Shown here: positions 8,085 through 15,231 of the stretch, one piece after another | Position numbering within the stretch: position 1 is the stretch's first letter | Layout of the letters: every line of letters begins with the position of its first letter | Source of the DNA: an uncultured virus (IMG/VR IMGVR_UViG_3300027865_000006) | Lineage: Duplodnaviria; Heunggongvirae; Uroviricota; Caudoviricetes | IMG/VR virus record: IMGVR_UViG_3300027865_000006 | Direction: 5' to 3' (one strand) | DNA: 20,000 nt | Notes under the pieces: generated by a model | The model's input: the letters and a program-made list of their open reading frames with translations, nothing else | What the model was told of the DNA's origin: nothing | Database searches by the model: none | Position numbers and translations under genes: made by a program

Positions 8085-8326
8085 GCTGAGCACTCATGAA
8101 TAACCACCTCGATTTCCATCCTTGTAGTTTGGATATTGCGAATCAATCCCCCCATAGGACGGATGAACCCTCCGTCTTGTAGGCGTTCGAGCATGGAAGC
8201 TACCGCAGGTTGTTTGCGCCCCATGAGGGTTGCTAGGTCTCGCTGCGTAGGGCTCATTCCACGGTGTTGCCAAAACCATTCGATAGCTTTGATGTAGGCT
8301 AGTTGTAAAGGCGTAGGTTCTTTCAT
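8081..8326 (-). CDS. LexA N-terminal DNA-binding-domain-only protein, paralogue 2 (81 aa)
   Basis: PTPLQLAYIKAI...GMSPTQRDLA...SMLERLQDGGFI...RNIQTTR; aligns end to end with 7711-7965; SD GGGAG. Confidence 0.85.
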   Translation of the reverse strand: MKEPTPLQLAYIKAIEWFWQHRGMSPTQRDLATLMGRKQPAVASMLERLQDGGFIRPMGGLIRNIQTTRMEIEVVIHECSA

Positions 8327-8341
8327 GGTTGATTCTCCCGG

Positions 8342-8782
8342 CTACGGTAAAGTGTCGTAGATGTAAGGATTCGCAAACATGAAGTAAATATTGCGTCCTT
8401 TGTCATTCAAATCTTTACGGCGAATGAGGCAGTAACTGCCATTACTGTGGACGCTCCAAGAGTGGCACCATCCCCAGTTGGTTTTGTCATTACCAGTGAA
8501 GGCTTCATTACAGCAATCTTCAGGGCGAGTTCTTCTGACAGCTATGCCTAGTGCGGTCCCGCGAGCATCTTCCCAGAGTTGACCTTCCCACCCAGCAGCG
8601 TTCATGTCGTGCTCTGTGATCTCGATATTGCCTATGCGGTAGGGTTGGGGAGCTTGAACTGTAGGAAGCAATTTTTCGGTTGACTCAGCATGAAAAATTC
8701 CCAGTCGGAAGATTCCCGTTATCACTGATACAGTGAGTATCAACAACCCAAGTGTCATAATAGGAGAAATTTTAATCCGCAT
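8342..8782 (-). CDS. N-terminally anchored membrane/secreted protein (146 aa)
   Basis: Start moved to ATG 8782 (SD AAGGGGG); hydrophobic IMTLGLLILTVSVITGIF; Cys-containing C-terminal domain. Confidence 0.75.
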   Translation of the reverse strand: MRIKISPIMTLGLLILTVSVITGIFRLGIFHAESTEKLLPTVQAPQPYRIGNIEITEHDMNAAGWEGQLWEDARGTALGIAVRRTRPEDCCNEAFTGNDKTNWGWCHSWSVHSNGSYCLIRRKDLNDKGRNIYFMFANPYIYDTLP

Positions 8783-9080
8783 TTTTAGTCCCCCTTTCGG
8801 CACCTAACACTGAAGTAACGTACCCAGTGTAATCATGAACCCAGCAACGTCTAAGGCTCTCAGACTCTCGGTCTGCGTCGGTATCAGGTTGTGCTCTGAC
8901 TGAGCAGTGTTCATAGAGGTTTAAGTCGGGGGTAATAGAGGTTTGCTTACTTTCTGGAAGTTGTATTTTTTGAGCCGTGGCAAAAATGTGTATGCTTGAA
9001 GCTGTCAATGCAGTGTTAATGAAAATTGCAAGAAGCAACACAAGTCCTATGATGATTAATGTGCGTAATTCTGGGTTCAT
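8772..9080 (-). CDS. N-terminally anchored membrane protein (102 aa)
   Basis: LIIIGLVLLLAIFI helix; SD GGTGAGG; ATGA-type overlap. Confidence 0.8.
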   Translation of the reverse strand: MNPELRTLIIIGLVLLLAIFINTALTASSIHIFATAQKIQLPESKQTSITPDLNLYEHCSVRAQPDTDADRESESLRRCWVHDYTGYVTSVLGAERGTKNAD

Positions 9081-9526
9081 TTAACCTCACCATTTTGAGG
9101 CTTTTTGTATTTCTCAAGTAGCCGGTGAATACGTTTTCCCAGGGATGATAATTTTCTAGTGTTGATATGGCAAATTTTTCGGTAATTGTCTTGAGCCGCA
9201 TTACAAATACCCCACGGTGATTTCACTCCATCTAAAGGATCGCTTATGGGGTAAAGGGGGAGTACTACCATGAGCACCCTAGGGTTAGGTAATATGAAAA
9301 TTGGATGGTCAAAAGGCTCAGATTTAAATTTGCATGGAGCGCACTCGTCAGCCGTAGCTTGGATTTCAGTTTCTCGGTTTGTGTCAGTGGGGGTAGTTAA
9401 AGTCTGTTTGTTTTTGGGTGGTTCAATTTTAGCTGGATTATGATCAAGGACCATTAATCCTATCAAACAGGCCGCACCAATAGCGATTAGAAAACACTGC
9501 CAAAATAGTAAGGTTCGATATTTCAT
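9077..9526 (-). CDS. N-terminally anchored membrane protein with Pro/Thr-rich linker (149 aa)
   Basis: LLFWQCFLIAIGAACLIGLMVL helix; SD AGGAGG. Confidence 0.8.
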   Translation of the reverse strand: MKYRTLLFWQCFLIAIGAACLIGLMVLDHNPAKIEPPKNKQTLTTPTDTNRETEIQATADECAPCKFKSEPFDHPIFILPNPRVLMVVLPLYPISDPLDGVKSPWGICNAAQDNYRKICHINTRKLSSLGKRIHRLLEKYKKPQNGEVK

Positions 9527-9834
9527 TTAGTCCTCCTTTGTGAGGCTTTTAGCCTCAAAATTTCTTTTACCTCGTCTAGCGTTATACAGTCCTCTGGGGG
9601 AGAATAATTAAACTTCTGAACGATGCTTTCCTCTGGGCCATCGCTCATAATCGGCACTTCAAGATTTGATTGCGTATTTGATGGTCTTCCGGAAAGCGGC
9701 GTAGGCACCGTATTTTTGACAGGATCAATTGGGCAAAGATCCATTTCAACGATAATGGCTATCGTTATAAACACCATGCCTATAAGTGCGCTGGCAAAGA
9801 ATAAACATGCTAAGGCTAATTTGAGGCTACTCAT
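9523..9834 (-). CDS. N-terminally anchored membrane protein (103 aa)
   Basis: Start moved to ATG 9834 (ATGA overlap with MTase stop); hydrophobic LALACLFFASALIGMVFITIAIIV. Confidence 0.75.
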   Translation of the reverse strand: MSSLKLALACLFFASALIGMVFITIAIIVEMDLCPIDPVKNTVPTPLSGRPSNTQSNLEVPIMSDGPEESIVQKFNYSPPEDCITLDEVKEILRLKASQRRTK

Positions 9835-10541
9835 TTCTCTTCCTTCCAGTCCAGCCACTTGAACTGCGTTGCTCCGGGAGGATTCCACGGTCGCCACAAG
9901 GCCAAGATATACTCGCGCATGTCAGTGCCATTGGATTTCCCCTCGCGCACAAATCCAGCACGCGGTACCAACATGTTAATCTCCCATGGAGTGAACTGCT
10001 TAAAGAATTCTCGCCTGCGGATTGCACCTAAAAAACCGGATTGTAGCAGCATGGCCACCACGCCATCTTTGTCTACGAGCTCCATGCTAGTACGCACGAA
10101 TTCTTCCGCTAAAGAGAAAGGCGGATTGCCTAAAATGACAGTCGACTTCAAAAAGGATTTATCGTTTTCGGTGAGTGCTAGGTAGTCGAGCTTTTCATAC
10201 TCAGCATTCTCACTATCGAAGTCTTCTGGCTCATCTATGATGTCTACGCCAGTCAAGCACAGCGGGGCTCGCCCGTCCCAAGCCTTATTGAAGGCTTTAA
10301 GAAAAGGACCATCGTAGCAGCCAGGTTCGAGCACGTAGATCGGGTCTTTTTGATTGCAGAGTAGTCCTGACCCCAGGTGAATTTTTTTCACCATATCGAC
10401 CACTACTTGTGTAAGTGGCTCGGCGAGGTTTGGGCGAGTGCGGTAGAGGTCTCTATCCTCGCGAGGATTCTTGGGTTTGGTAGTACTGAGTTTTTCAGAT
10501 ATGGCTTCGTATTCGTCAACGCTGAGAGTAATAACGCCCAT
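9831..10541 (-). CDS. Small orphan amino-DNA methyltransferase (motif I before motif IV, gamma-like order, 236 aa)
   Basis: DLYRT (motif X-like), VLEPGCYDGPF (motif I), TGVDI, ILGNPPFS (motif IV), GVVAMLL. Start ATG 10541, SD GAGGAGGA. Confidence 0.85.
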   Translation of the reverse strand: MGVITLSVDEYEAISEKLSTTKPKNPREDRDLYRTRPNLAEPLTQVVVDMVKKIHLGSGLLCNQKDPIYVLEPGCYDGPFLKAFNKAWDGRAPLCLTGVDIIDEPEDFDSENAEYEKLDYLALTENDKSFLKSTVILGNPPFSLAEEFVRTSMELVDKDGVVAMLLQSGFLGAIRRREFFKQFTPWEINMLVPRAGFVREGKSNGTDMREYILALWRPWNPPGATQFKWLDWKEEK

Positions 10542-10771
10542 CAGTCTTCGTCCTCCTCTTTGCCCTGCATTTTGAAAATGCCGTCGAAATGATCCCATGC
10601 GTCAGTAACGCTACTAGCGCTGTAACTACTTAAAAACTCACTGATGTCTTGCTGTGTTCCGAGGCCGACTAGCGTTGAAAAGCAGGTCGGGCAAATGTAG
10701 CCGTGTTCAGGGCTATAGCGGCTGCACATGATGTTATCACAGCCCCATTTTGCGCATTCTAGAACGCTCAT
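10541..10771 (-). CDS. Cys-rich hypothetical protein (76 aa)
   Basis: C-x4-C-x4-C...CPTC; coupled to both neighbours. Confidence 0.75.
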   Translation of the reverse strand: MSVLECAKWGCDNIMCSRYSPEHGYICPTCFSTLVGLGTQQDISEFLSSYSASSVTDAWDHFDGIFKMQGKEEDED

Positions 10772-11067
10772 TTTTCCACCATCCTTGAAATTGCTTCGTC
10801 AGCGTAAAATTCAGCACGAGGTATTCCGACATCTTTAGCGTGCATTCCGAAAATGAGGCCCCACGCCTGACTGTGCTCTTGGCGTGCTTCTCCTCGGGGC
10901 TTGAATTGAGTGGGCGAAGAGTAAGGGCCTGGCGTGTACTGGCAAAGGTGTACAACTAGCCTCTCAAAGTCTTTCAGACGGCAGCGAGCTTCCGTAGCCT
11001 TCATGTCACGATCATGCCCAAGCTCGCCGTGAATGCACTTCAAGCAGTACTCATAAATCGGTTTCAT
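10768..11067 (-). CDS. Hypothetical protein with four-Cys module (99 aa)
   Basis: Start moved to ATG 11067 (SD AAGGAAG); CLKCIHG...RC...LCQY. Confidence 0.7.
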   Translation of the reverse strand: MKPIYEYCLKCIHGELGHDRDMKATEARCRLKDFERLVVHLCQYTPGPYSSPTQFKPRGEARQEHSQAWGLIFGMHAKDVGIPRAEFYADEAISRMVEK

Positions 11068-11473
11068 TTTGATCTTCCTTTGAGCATTTAACGGTAGGCA
11101 GAGTAACGTCAATCTTCTGCCAAACGTGGCCACCATACCCAGCAGTGCAGCGCCCTTGCATGATCGTACCGTCCTGGTAGAGCACTGTGAGGAGCTCTAT
11201 AGCTTGGTGGTAGCCTGCAGGAGGATCTACGATGGTGTGCTGTATTTGGATCGGGTTGTTGACTTGCTCGTAGGGGATGTCTTTTCGAGCTTCGAAAGTA
11301 TCCTTCAGAACCATATTCAAACCTTCTACAGTAAGTGCTACAAAATAGGTTTCTTCTATGCCAACCTCTAATGTTATGTCTCCGTCACGATCGGTTTTAA
11401 TGCTTGCACCATGTTCAACTAATATTGTGCGTAGATCGGACAAAAATTTCCTTGTTTTCTCGTAGTGAGTCAT
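11051..11473 (-). CDS. Hypothetical two-domain protein (140 aa)
   Basis: Start moved to ATG 11473 (SD GGAGGAG); C-terminal domain paralogous to 11475-11783. Confidence 0.8.
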   Translation of the reverse strand: MTHYEKTRKFLSDLRTILVEHGASIKTDRDGDITLEVGIEETYFVALTVEGLNMVLKDTFEARKDIPYEQVNNPIQIQHTIVDPPAGYHQAIELLTVLYQDGTIMQGRCTAGYGGHVWQKIDVTLPTVKCSKEDQNETDL

Positions 11474-11474
11474 C

Positions 11475-11783
11475 CTACTCCTCCAGCTCGTTTGGGTTAG
11501 GTGGAATGATCTTGCGCCAGTTGTAGCGAGTACTCCCGACTGCGCAGTTACCTTTAACAATCATGCCGTCACTGTAGAGCAGTGTCAGGAGTTCGGAACC
11601 ACTGTTACGGTCTGCGCTTACTATGATAGAGGCTTGTATTTGAACGACAGTGGCTAGAGGCTTCAAGATGCTTCGAGGACGCTTTGAGAATTTAATACAT
11701 CGTTCAGAATCTTGTTGCTGCTCGGGTATGCCTGCGTGACAACCACCCGCGACCCAATAGAAGCATTCTTCGCAAATACGCAT
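11475..11783 (-). CDS. Hypothetical protein: four-Cys module plus shared ELLTxLYxDG domain (102 aa)
   Basis: SD GGAGG; CEEC...GC...CIKF followed by domain shared with 11051-11473. Confidence 0.8.
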   Translation of the reverse strand: MRICEECFYWVAGGCHAGIPEQQQDSERCIKFSKRPRSILKPLATVVQIQASIIVSADRNSGSELLTLLYSDGMIVKGNCAVGSTRYNWRKIIPPNPNELEE

Positions 11784-11784
11784 T

Positions 11785-13014
11785 CTATTCCTCCGATTTT
11801 TCTAGTTTTTCAAGCCGCGCTACGGCTTTTTCAATCCTTTGCTGCGCAACCTTAAAATAGCTTTTATCTATTTCGATGCCGACGAAACCAAACCCCTCAT
11901 GCACAGCAGCTTTACCCGTCGAGCCAGAACCCATATATGGATCCAGCACAGTGCCTCCAGGTGGGGTTATGAGCCTGCACAAGTACCTCATGAGGGCTAG
12001 AGGTTTGACAGTGGGGTGGTTATTTTTTGCGCCTGCGGGGAGTTCTTTATTTCGTTCGCTTTTTGACGCTTTAGCGCAGTAAAAGAATCGAGCAGCAGAT
12101 CCTTGATCTCCGTAAGATTCTTGAGTCACAAAGCCATTTTTTGCGTCTCGACCATAAACGCCTCTTTGACTATTTGAGTGTGTTGGCATCATTTTGCCGC
12201 TCTTAGTTTCGGGAAACACTGCTAATACTTCTTCTGAGCCATCGTGGATCAGGTTGGCTGGAAATCTTCCGGTTTGAGTAACTGAGGCAGCGACTTTATG
12301 AGCCGTTGGCCGATCTTCTCTATTCTCGCCTTCGCGCCACGCATCAAAATTACTGCCTCCCGAAGAAATAAACGGAGCCCCTACCCGACACTGCTCAATA
12401 TTGATTCCGCCTGTGCCCCACTTCAGCACATTGGCTACAATGGTCTTTTCGCTCAAAGGCTTGCGGGCTAGAGTGAAGAATTCACAGGCTGGCTTTAACG
12501 CCGTACCCCAACCATCCCACTGCTGGGCAGCTTCCGTTGCAGGAGCTGTGATAGTTGCACCATTGTCGGTGCGATCCGACTTCTTGCTGGTGCCTCCGAT
12601 ATTACCAATAGCCCCGCTTGCATACTTTCTATTTGGCCGTACCCGAGAGGAATCATGGCCTACTACCTTTCTCTTAGCCCCCGCCGCTTTGTCGATAGCT
12701 TTGCCAATGTTCAAATTTTTCGGAAACCCCGAACCATACACCCAACTCACAATATCGCGTATCTCAAAGCCTGCGTCCTCAATATTCACAACCATCCTGT
12801 GCTGTGTCCTGGTTCCGCAAGCGCATAGCATGTGACCGCCAGGCTTCAGCACTCGCAGTGCTTCTTCCCACACCTCCACAGAAGGGACGTTGTAATCCCA
12901 TTTCTTAGCCATAAACGAAATCCCGTACGGAGGGTCAACAACGATAGAGTCAACCGAATCGCAAGGAAGACCAGCCATCTCCTCTAAACAATCGCCTAGA
13001 TACAATTCAATCAA
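11785..13014 (-). CDS. Orphan N4-cytosine/N6-adenine DNA methyltransferase, beta group (409 aa)
   Basis: LYLGDC, VDSIVVDPPYG (motif IV), RVLKPGG, WVYGSGFPK, GRFPANLIHDGS, HPTVKPLALM, VLDPYMGSGSTG (motif I). Likely start TTG 13014 with SD GGAG, not 13122. Confidence 0.95.
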   Translation of the reverse strand: MIELYLGDCLEEMAGLPCDSVDSIVVDPPYGISFMAKKWDYNVPSVEVWEEALRVLKPGGHMLCACGTRTQHRMVVNIEDAGFEIRDIVSWVYGSGFPKNLNIGKAIDKAAGAKRKVVGHDSSRVRPNRKYASGAIGNIGGTSKKSDRTDNGATITAPATEAAQQWDGWGTALKPACEFFTLARKPLSEKTIVANVLKWGTGGINIEQCRVGAPFISSGGSNFDAWREGENREDRPTAHKVAASVTQTGRFPANLIHDGSEEVLAVFPETKSGKMMPTHSNSQRGVYGRDAKNGFVTQESYGDQGSAARFFYCAKASKSERNKELPAGAKNNHPTVKPLALMRYLCRLITPPGGTVLDPYMGSGSTGKAAVHEGFGFVGIEIDKSYFKVAQQRIEKAVARLEKLEKSEE

Positions 13015-13055
13015 AACAAACTCCGATTTTTTCAAACTCCCTCGACCATGAAAGA

Positions 13056-13303
13056 GTGTGGCAGTGCTATCACAATTTTCCGTGTGTGGCAATGGACTCC
13101 TACTGCCACGCACGTTTACCATAGCAAACCGGGCATTTAGCCCTTTGAGGGGATCAATTTTCCGTAGGGGCCAGTAGGGGTAAATACGCGGAAAATAACG
13201 GTTTTTATCCGTTTTTACTCGAGTGAAAAATAAAAAATAAATTATTTTTAGGGGAATGTCAGATCTAGCGTCTCGGTGTGCTATCCTGGGGGAGCCTTGG
13301 GAT
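13056..13303. promoter_or_regulatory. Palindrome-dense, AT-rich intergenic region (regulatory hub or candidate origin)
   Basis: Inverted repeats at 13081-13114, 13131-13143, 13157-13196, 13197-13213, 13212-13229, 13233-13249, 13283-13303; pure A/T run at 13226-13250. Confidence 0.5.
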
Positions 13304-13309
13304 CCGTAG

Positions 13310-13516
13310 TTATTCCCACCCGAAAAGTTTTCTTACTCGCGTGATTTGTTTGGTGGCCTCGACTCGCAATAGTTCTGCTCTGTGCGGAGTGCACAGCCCA
13401 ACTTCCAGGTAGGTGTCTATATCGTGATATACGGCCTCCACTTGGGTTAGTACGGAAGTCTGAATGAATTCCTTCATCTCGGTTTTGCTCATCTGGTTTA
13501 GATTAGGGCTACTCAT
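13310..13516 (-). CDS. Hypothetical protein (68 aa)
   Basis: Leader AAACGAAAGG resembles that of the gene at 185; plausible helical protein. Confidence 0.7.
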   Translation of the reverse strand: MSSPNLNQMSKTEMKEFIQTSVLTQVEAVYHDIDTYLEVGLCTPHRAELLRVEATKQITRVRKLFGWE

Positions 13517-13570
13517 GAGTTGTCCTTTCGTTTAGAATTGTAGTAAATTACCTGAGCTATTGCATTCATC

Positions 13571-13609
13571 GCCTCGGAGGTCACCACACCTTCGGGGCAT
13601 TTTCTTCTT
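13571..13609 (+). terminator. Rho-independent terminator on the + strand inside a minus-strand block
   Basis: GCCTCGGAGGT/ACCTTCGGGGC 11-bp stem with two G-U pairs valid only on +, followed by ATTTTCTTCTT. Confidence 0.55.
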
Positions 13610-13613
13610 GGCT

Positions 13614-13943
13614 TCAAATAACTGACGACCACACCATCAAAAGGTGCTTTAGCAGCGCAGAAATATCCTTACACGATTTGGCTATTACAACTACGGCAGA
13701 CGCTTGAAGCCGGTTCACCGCCAAATGATGCTGGAGCGTTCCCATGAGCCCTATCACTAGCGGATCGGGGTACACTGAGCCATCTTCCCATGCTGTGAGT
13801 ATATCTGGCGTTATGTGCATGAAGTGAGCAAATTCGAACGGAGTCATTTCTAGTTGTGCTCGTAGTGTGCTTACCGCAGTACTTAGAGTCACTGGCATTT
13901 TCATTACTCGGTCTTCCGGTGGGTGTAAATTAGCTTTTTTCAT
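13614..13943 (-). CDS. XRE-family helix-turn-helix protein (about 109 aa, start uncertain)
   Basis: LRAQLEMTPFEFAHFMHITPDILTAWEDG...P fits XRE HTH; similar to 5159-5452. Confidence 0.75.
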   Translation of the reverse strand: MKKANLHPPEDRVMKMPVTLSTAVSTLRAQLEMTPFEFAHFMHITPDILTAWEDGSVYPDPLVIGLMGTLQHHLAVNRLQASAVVVIAKSCKDISALLKHLLMVWSSVI

Positions 13944-14361
13944 TGTGCTCGAAGCATGAACAAGAACTTTCCTCGTCCAGAGTAACTGATCCTCCGTCAA
14001 CTCCCCCATACCAGCAGTGCCGTTCTTTAAGGTGAGCACAATCGGAGCATTTAACGCGTTCGGCATCCCCAGAGGCTGCTCTCGGAGGAACTGCTAATAG
14101 CAGATTCGCGTTGTCTTCCGTTGGGAGGCTAATGCGTGGACCAATTAATCCACTCCCCTCGTTAATGAGCGCGGTAAGTAATACCTCTTCACGCACTGCT
14201 CCTGCTAAGATAGGGATGTAATAAACTAGATAATCAGGTTGTTCGGTATAGTGGTTATTGATGTTAGTGACTTTCATTACTTCGTAGTCACCTTCGCCGT
14301 CTAAGTCTACCCAGTAGAATCCGGGCTTTTTTGGAATTGTCTTAGTGAAATTAGTCTTCAT
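13930..14361 (-). CDS. Hypothetical protein: P..PGFYW domain plus C-terminal four-Cys module (143 aa)
   Basis: Start moved to ATG 14361 (SD AGGGAGGA); CSDCAH...HC...CSCF. Confidence 0.8.
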   Translation of the reverse strand: MKTNFTKTIPKKPGFYWVDLDGEGDYEVMKVTNINNHYTEQPDYLVYYIPILAGAVREEVLLTALINEGSGLIGPRISLPTEDNANLLLAVPPRAASGDAERVKCSDCAHLKERHCWYGGVDGGSVTLDEESSCSCFEHNEKS

Positions 14362-14636
14362 CGCGTCATATCCTCCCTCGAATTTACTTAGGCTCAAACA
14401 CTTGGCACCATGTTTTTTCGCCCGTACCAACTTCCGCGCCTTCAGGGCTTTCAGCCCGAAAGCAGCGAGGCTTCCCACGGACTTCTTTACCGTGAAGGCA
14501 CTCTAAGCAGATCTCTTCTGCGCCGACCAGATAGACTACGCCATAGTGAATACACTCAATGCCTGTATCGGTGCCGTCAGGCAGGTACACTCTGCGCACG
14601 TTCTTAGTCTTCATTTCGTCATGTCCTCCCTTGAAT
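14351..14636 (-). repeat. 33-bp direct repeat (14351-14383 and 14604-14636) covering SD and first codons of two adjacent genes
   Basis: TTAGTCTTCATcgCGTCATaTCCTCCCTcGAAT versus TTAGTCTTCATttCGTCATgTCCTCCCTtGAAT, 29/33 identical. Confidence 0.9.
14384..14614 (-). CDS. Hypothetical protein with four-Cys module (76 aa)
   Basis: Start ATG 14614 (SD AGGGAGGA); CLECLHG...RC...WCQVF. Confidence 0.8.
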   Translation of the reverse strand: MKTKNVRRVYLPDGTDTGIECIHYGVVYLVGAEEICLECLHGKEVRGKPRCFRAESPEGAEVGTGEKTWCQVFEPK

Positions 14637-14671
14637 CGCGTCACTTCGCGCCAGGAATCGCGTCAACTTCG
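14633..14671. repeat. Tandem direct repeat with 22-bp period (candidate operator pair)
   Basis: GAATCGCGTCA-CTTCG (14633-48) and GAATCGCGTCAACTTCG (14655-71). Confidence 0.7.
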
Positions 14672-14674
14672 TAC

Positions 14675-14881
14675 TCATGATTTATCAGTCCTTCGCTCCT
14701 CTAGAATATCTAGTACCCGTTCAAACTCAGCATCACTGAAGTCGTCCCAGTTCTGGGCCATGAGTCGAGCGAGTTTGAGCGCTGGACGGCTTTCACCTTT
14801 GAGGGTTAGAGTAATGCTTCCTTTGGTTTTCGCCGCAGCGTAATGAGGAGGCTTGGAATTCGTAGTGGGTTTCGTGCTCAT
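14675..14881 (-). CDS. Hypothetical protein (68 aa), possibly ribbon-helix-helix-like
   Basis: ATGA coupling; alternating SITLTL strand followed by two helices. Fold call is weak. Confidence 0.65.
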   Translation of the reverse strand: MSTKPTTNSKPPHYAAAKTKGSITLTLKGESRPALKLARLMAQNWDDFSDAEFERVLDILEERRTDKS

Positions 14882-15231
14882 GATACGCCTACCCCTTTGC
14901 GAACTTTGGCTTCAAGTTGCTTGTCGGCCTCAATCCGCTCGTTGAATTCTTGAAGCTCTTCCTCAGTCCAGCCACGTTGAACTTTGATTCGCTCTTGAAG
15001 CCGGCCTAGTTCAATCCCCTGGTCAGTGATTGCCCGAGCTTCCTTCTTCATACCGAGGAGGGCGTTAGTGAGGTCGTAGAATAGCACCCAGCAGCCGGTT
15101 CCTGTCCACATGTAGAGCACTGGCGGGAAGCACTCTTTGAACATCTCCCCCTCGAGGGTAAGGATCATAGTGAGTGCGATTGCACTGGTGCAGATAAATA
15201 TTAGTCTTAGGGTGCTGCTGAAAGTTTTCAT
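14878..15231 (-). CDS. Two-TM membrane protein with charged coiled-coil tail (117 aa)
   Basis: Start moved to ATG 15231 (ATGA overlap); two hydrophobic segments then an E/K/R-rich tail. Confidence 0.7.
   Translation of the reverse strand: MKTFSSTLRLIFICTSAIALTMILTLEGEMFKECFPPVLYMWTGTGCWVLFYDLTNALLGMKKEARAITDQGIELGRLQERIKVQRGWTEEELQEFNERIEADKQLEAKVRKGVGVS

Noticed and set aside
14351..14671. CRISPR array
   Set aside because: Only two copies 253 bp apart containing SD and start codons; no cas genes.
14878..15231. Holin call for the two-TM protein
   Set aside because: Topology is compatible, but no endolysin or spanin is nearby and the context is not a late operon.
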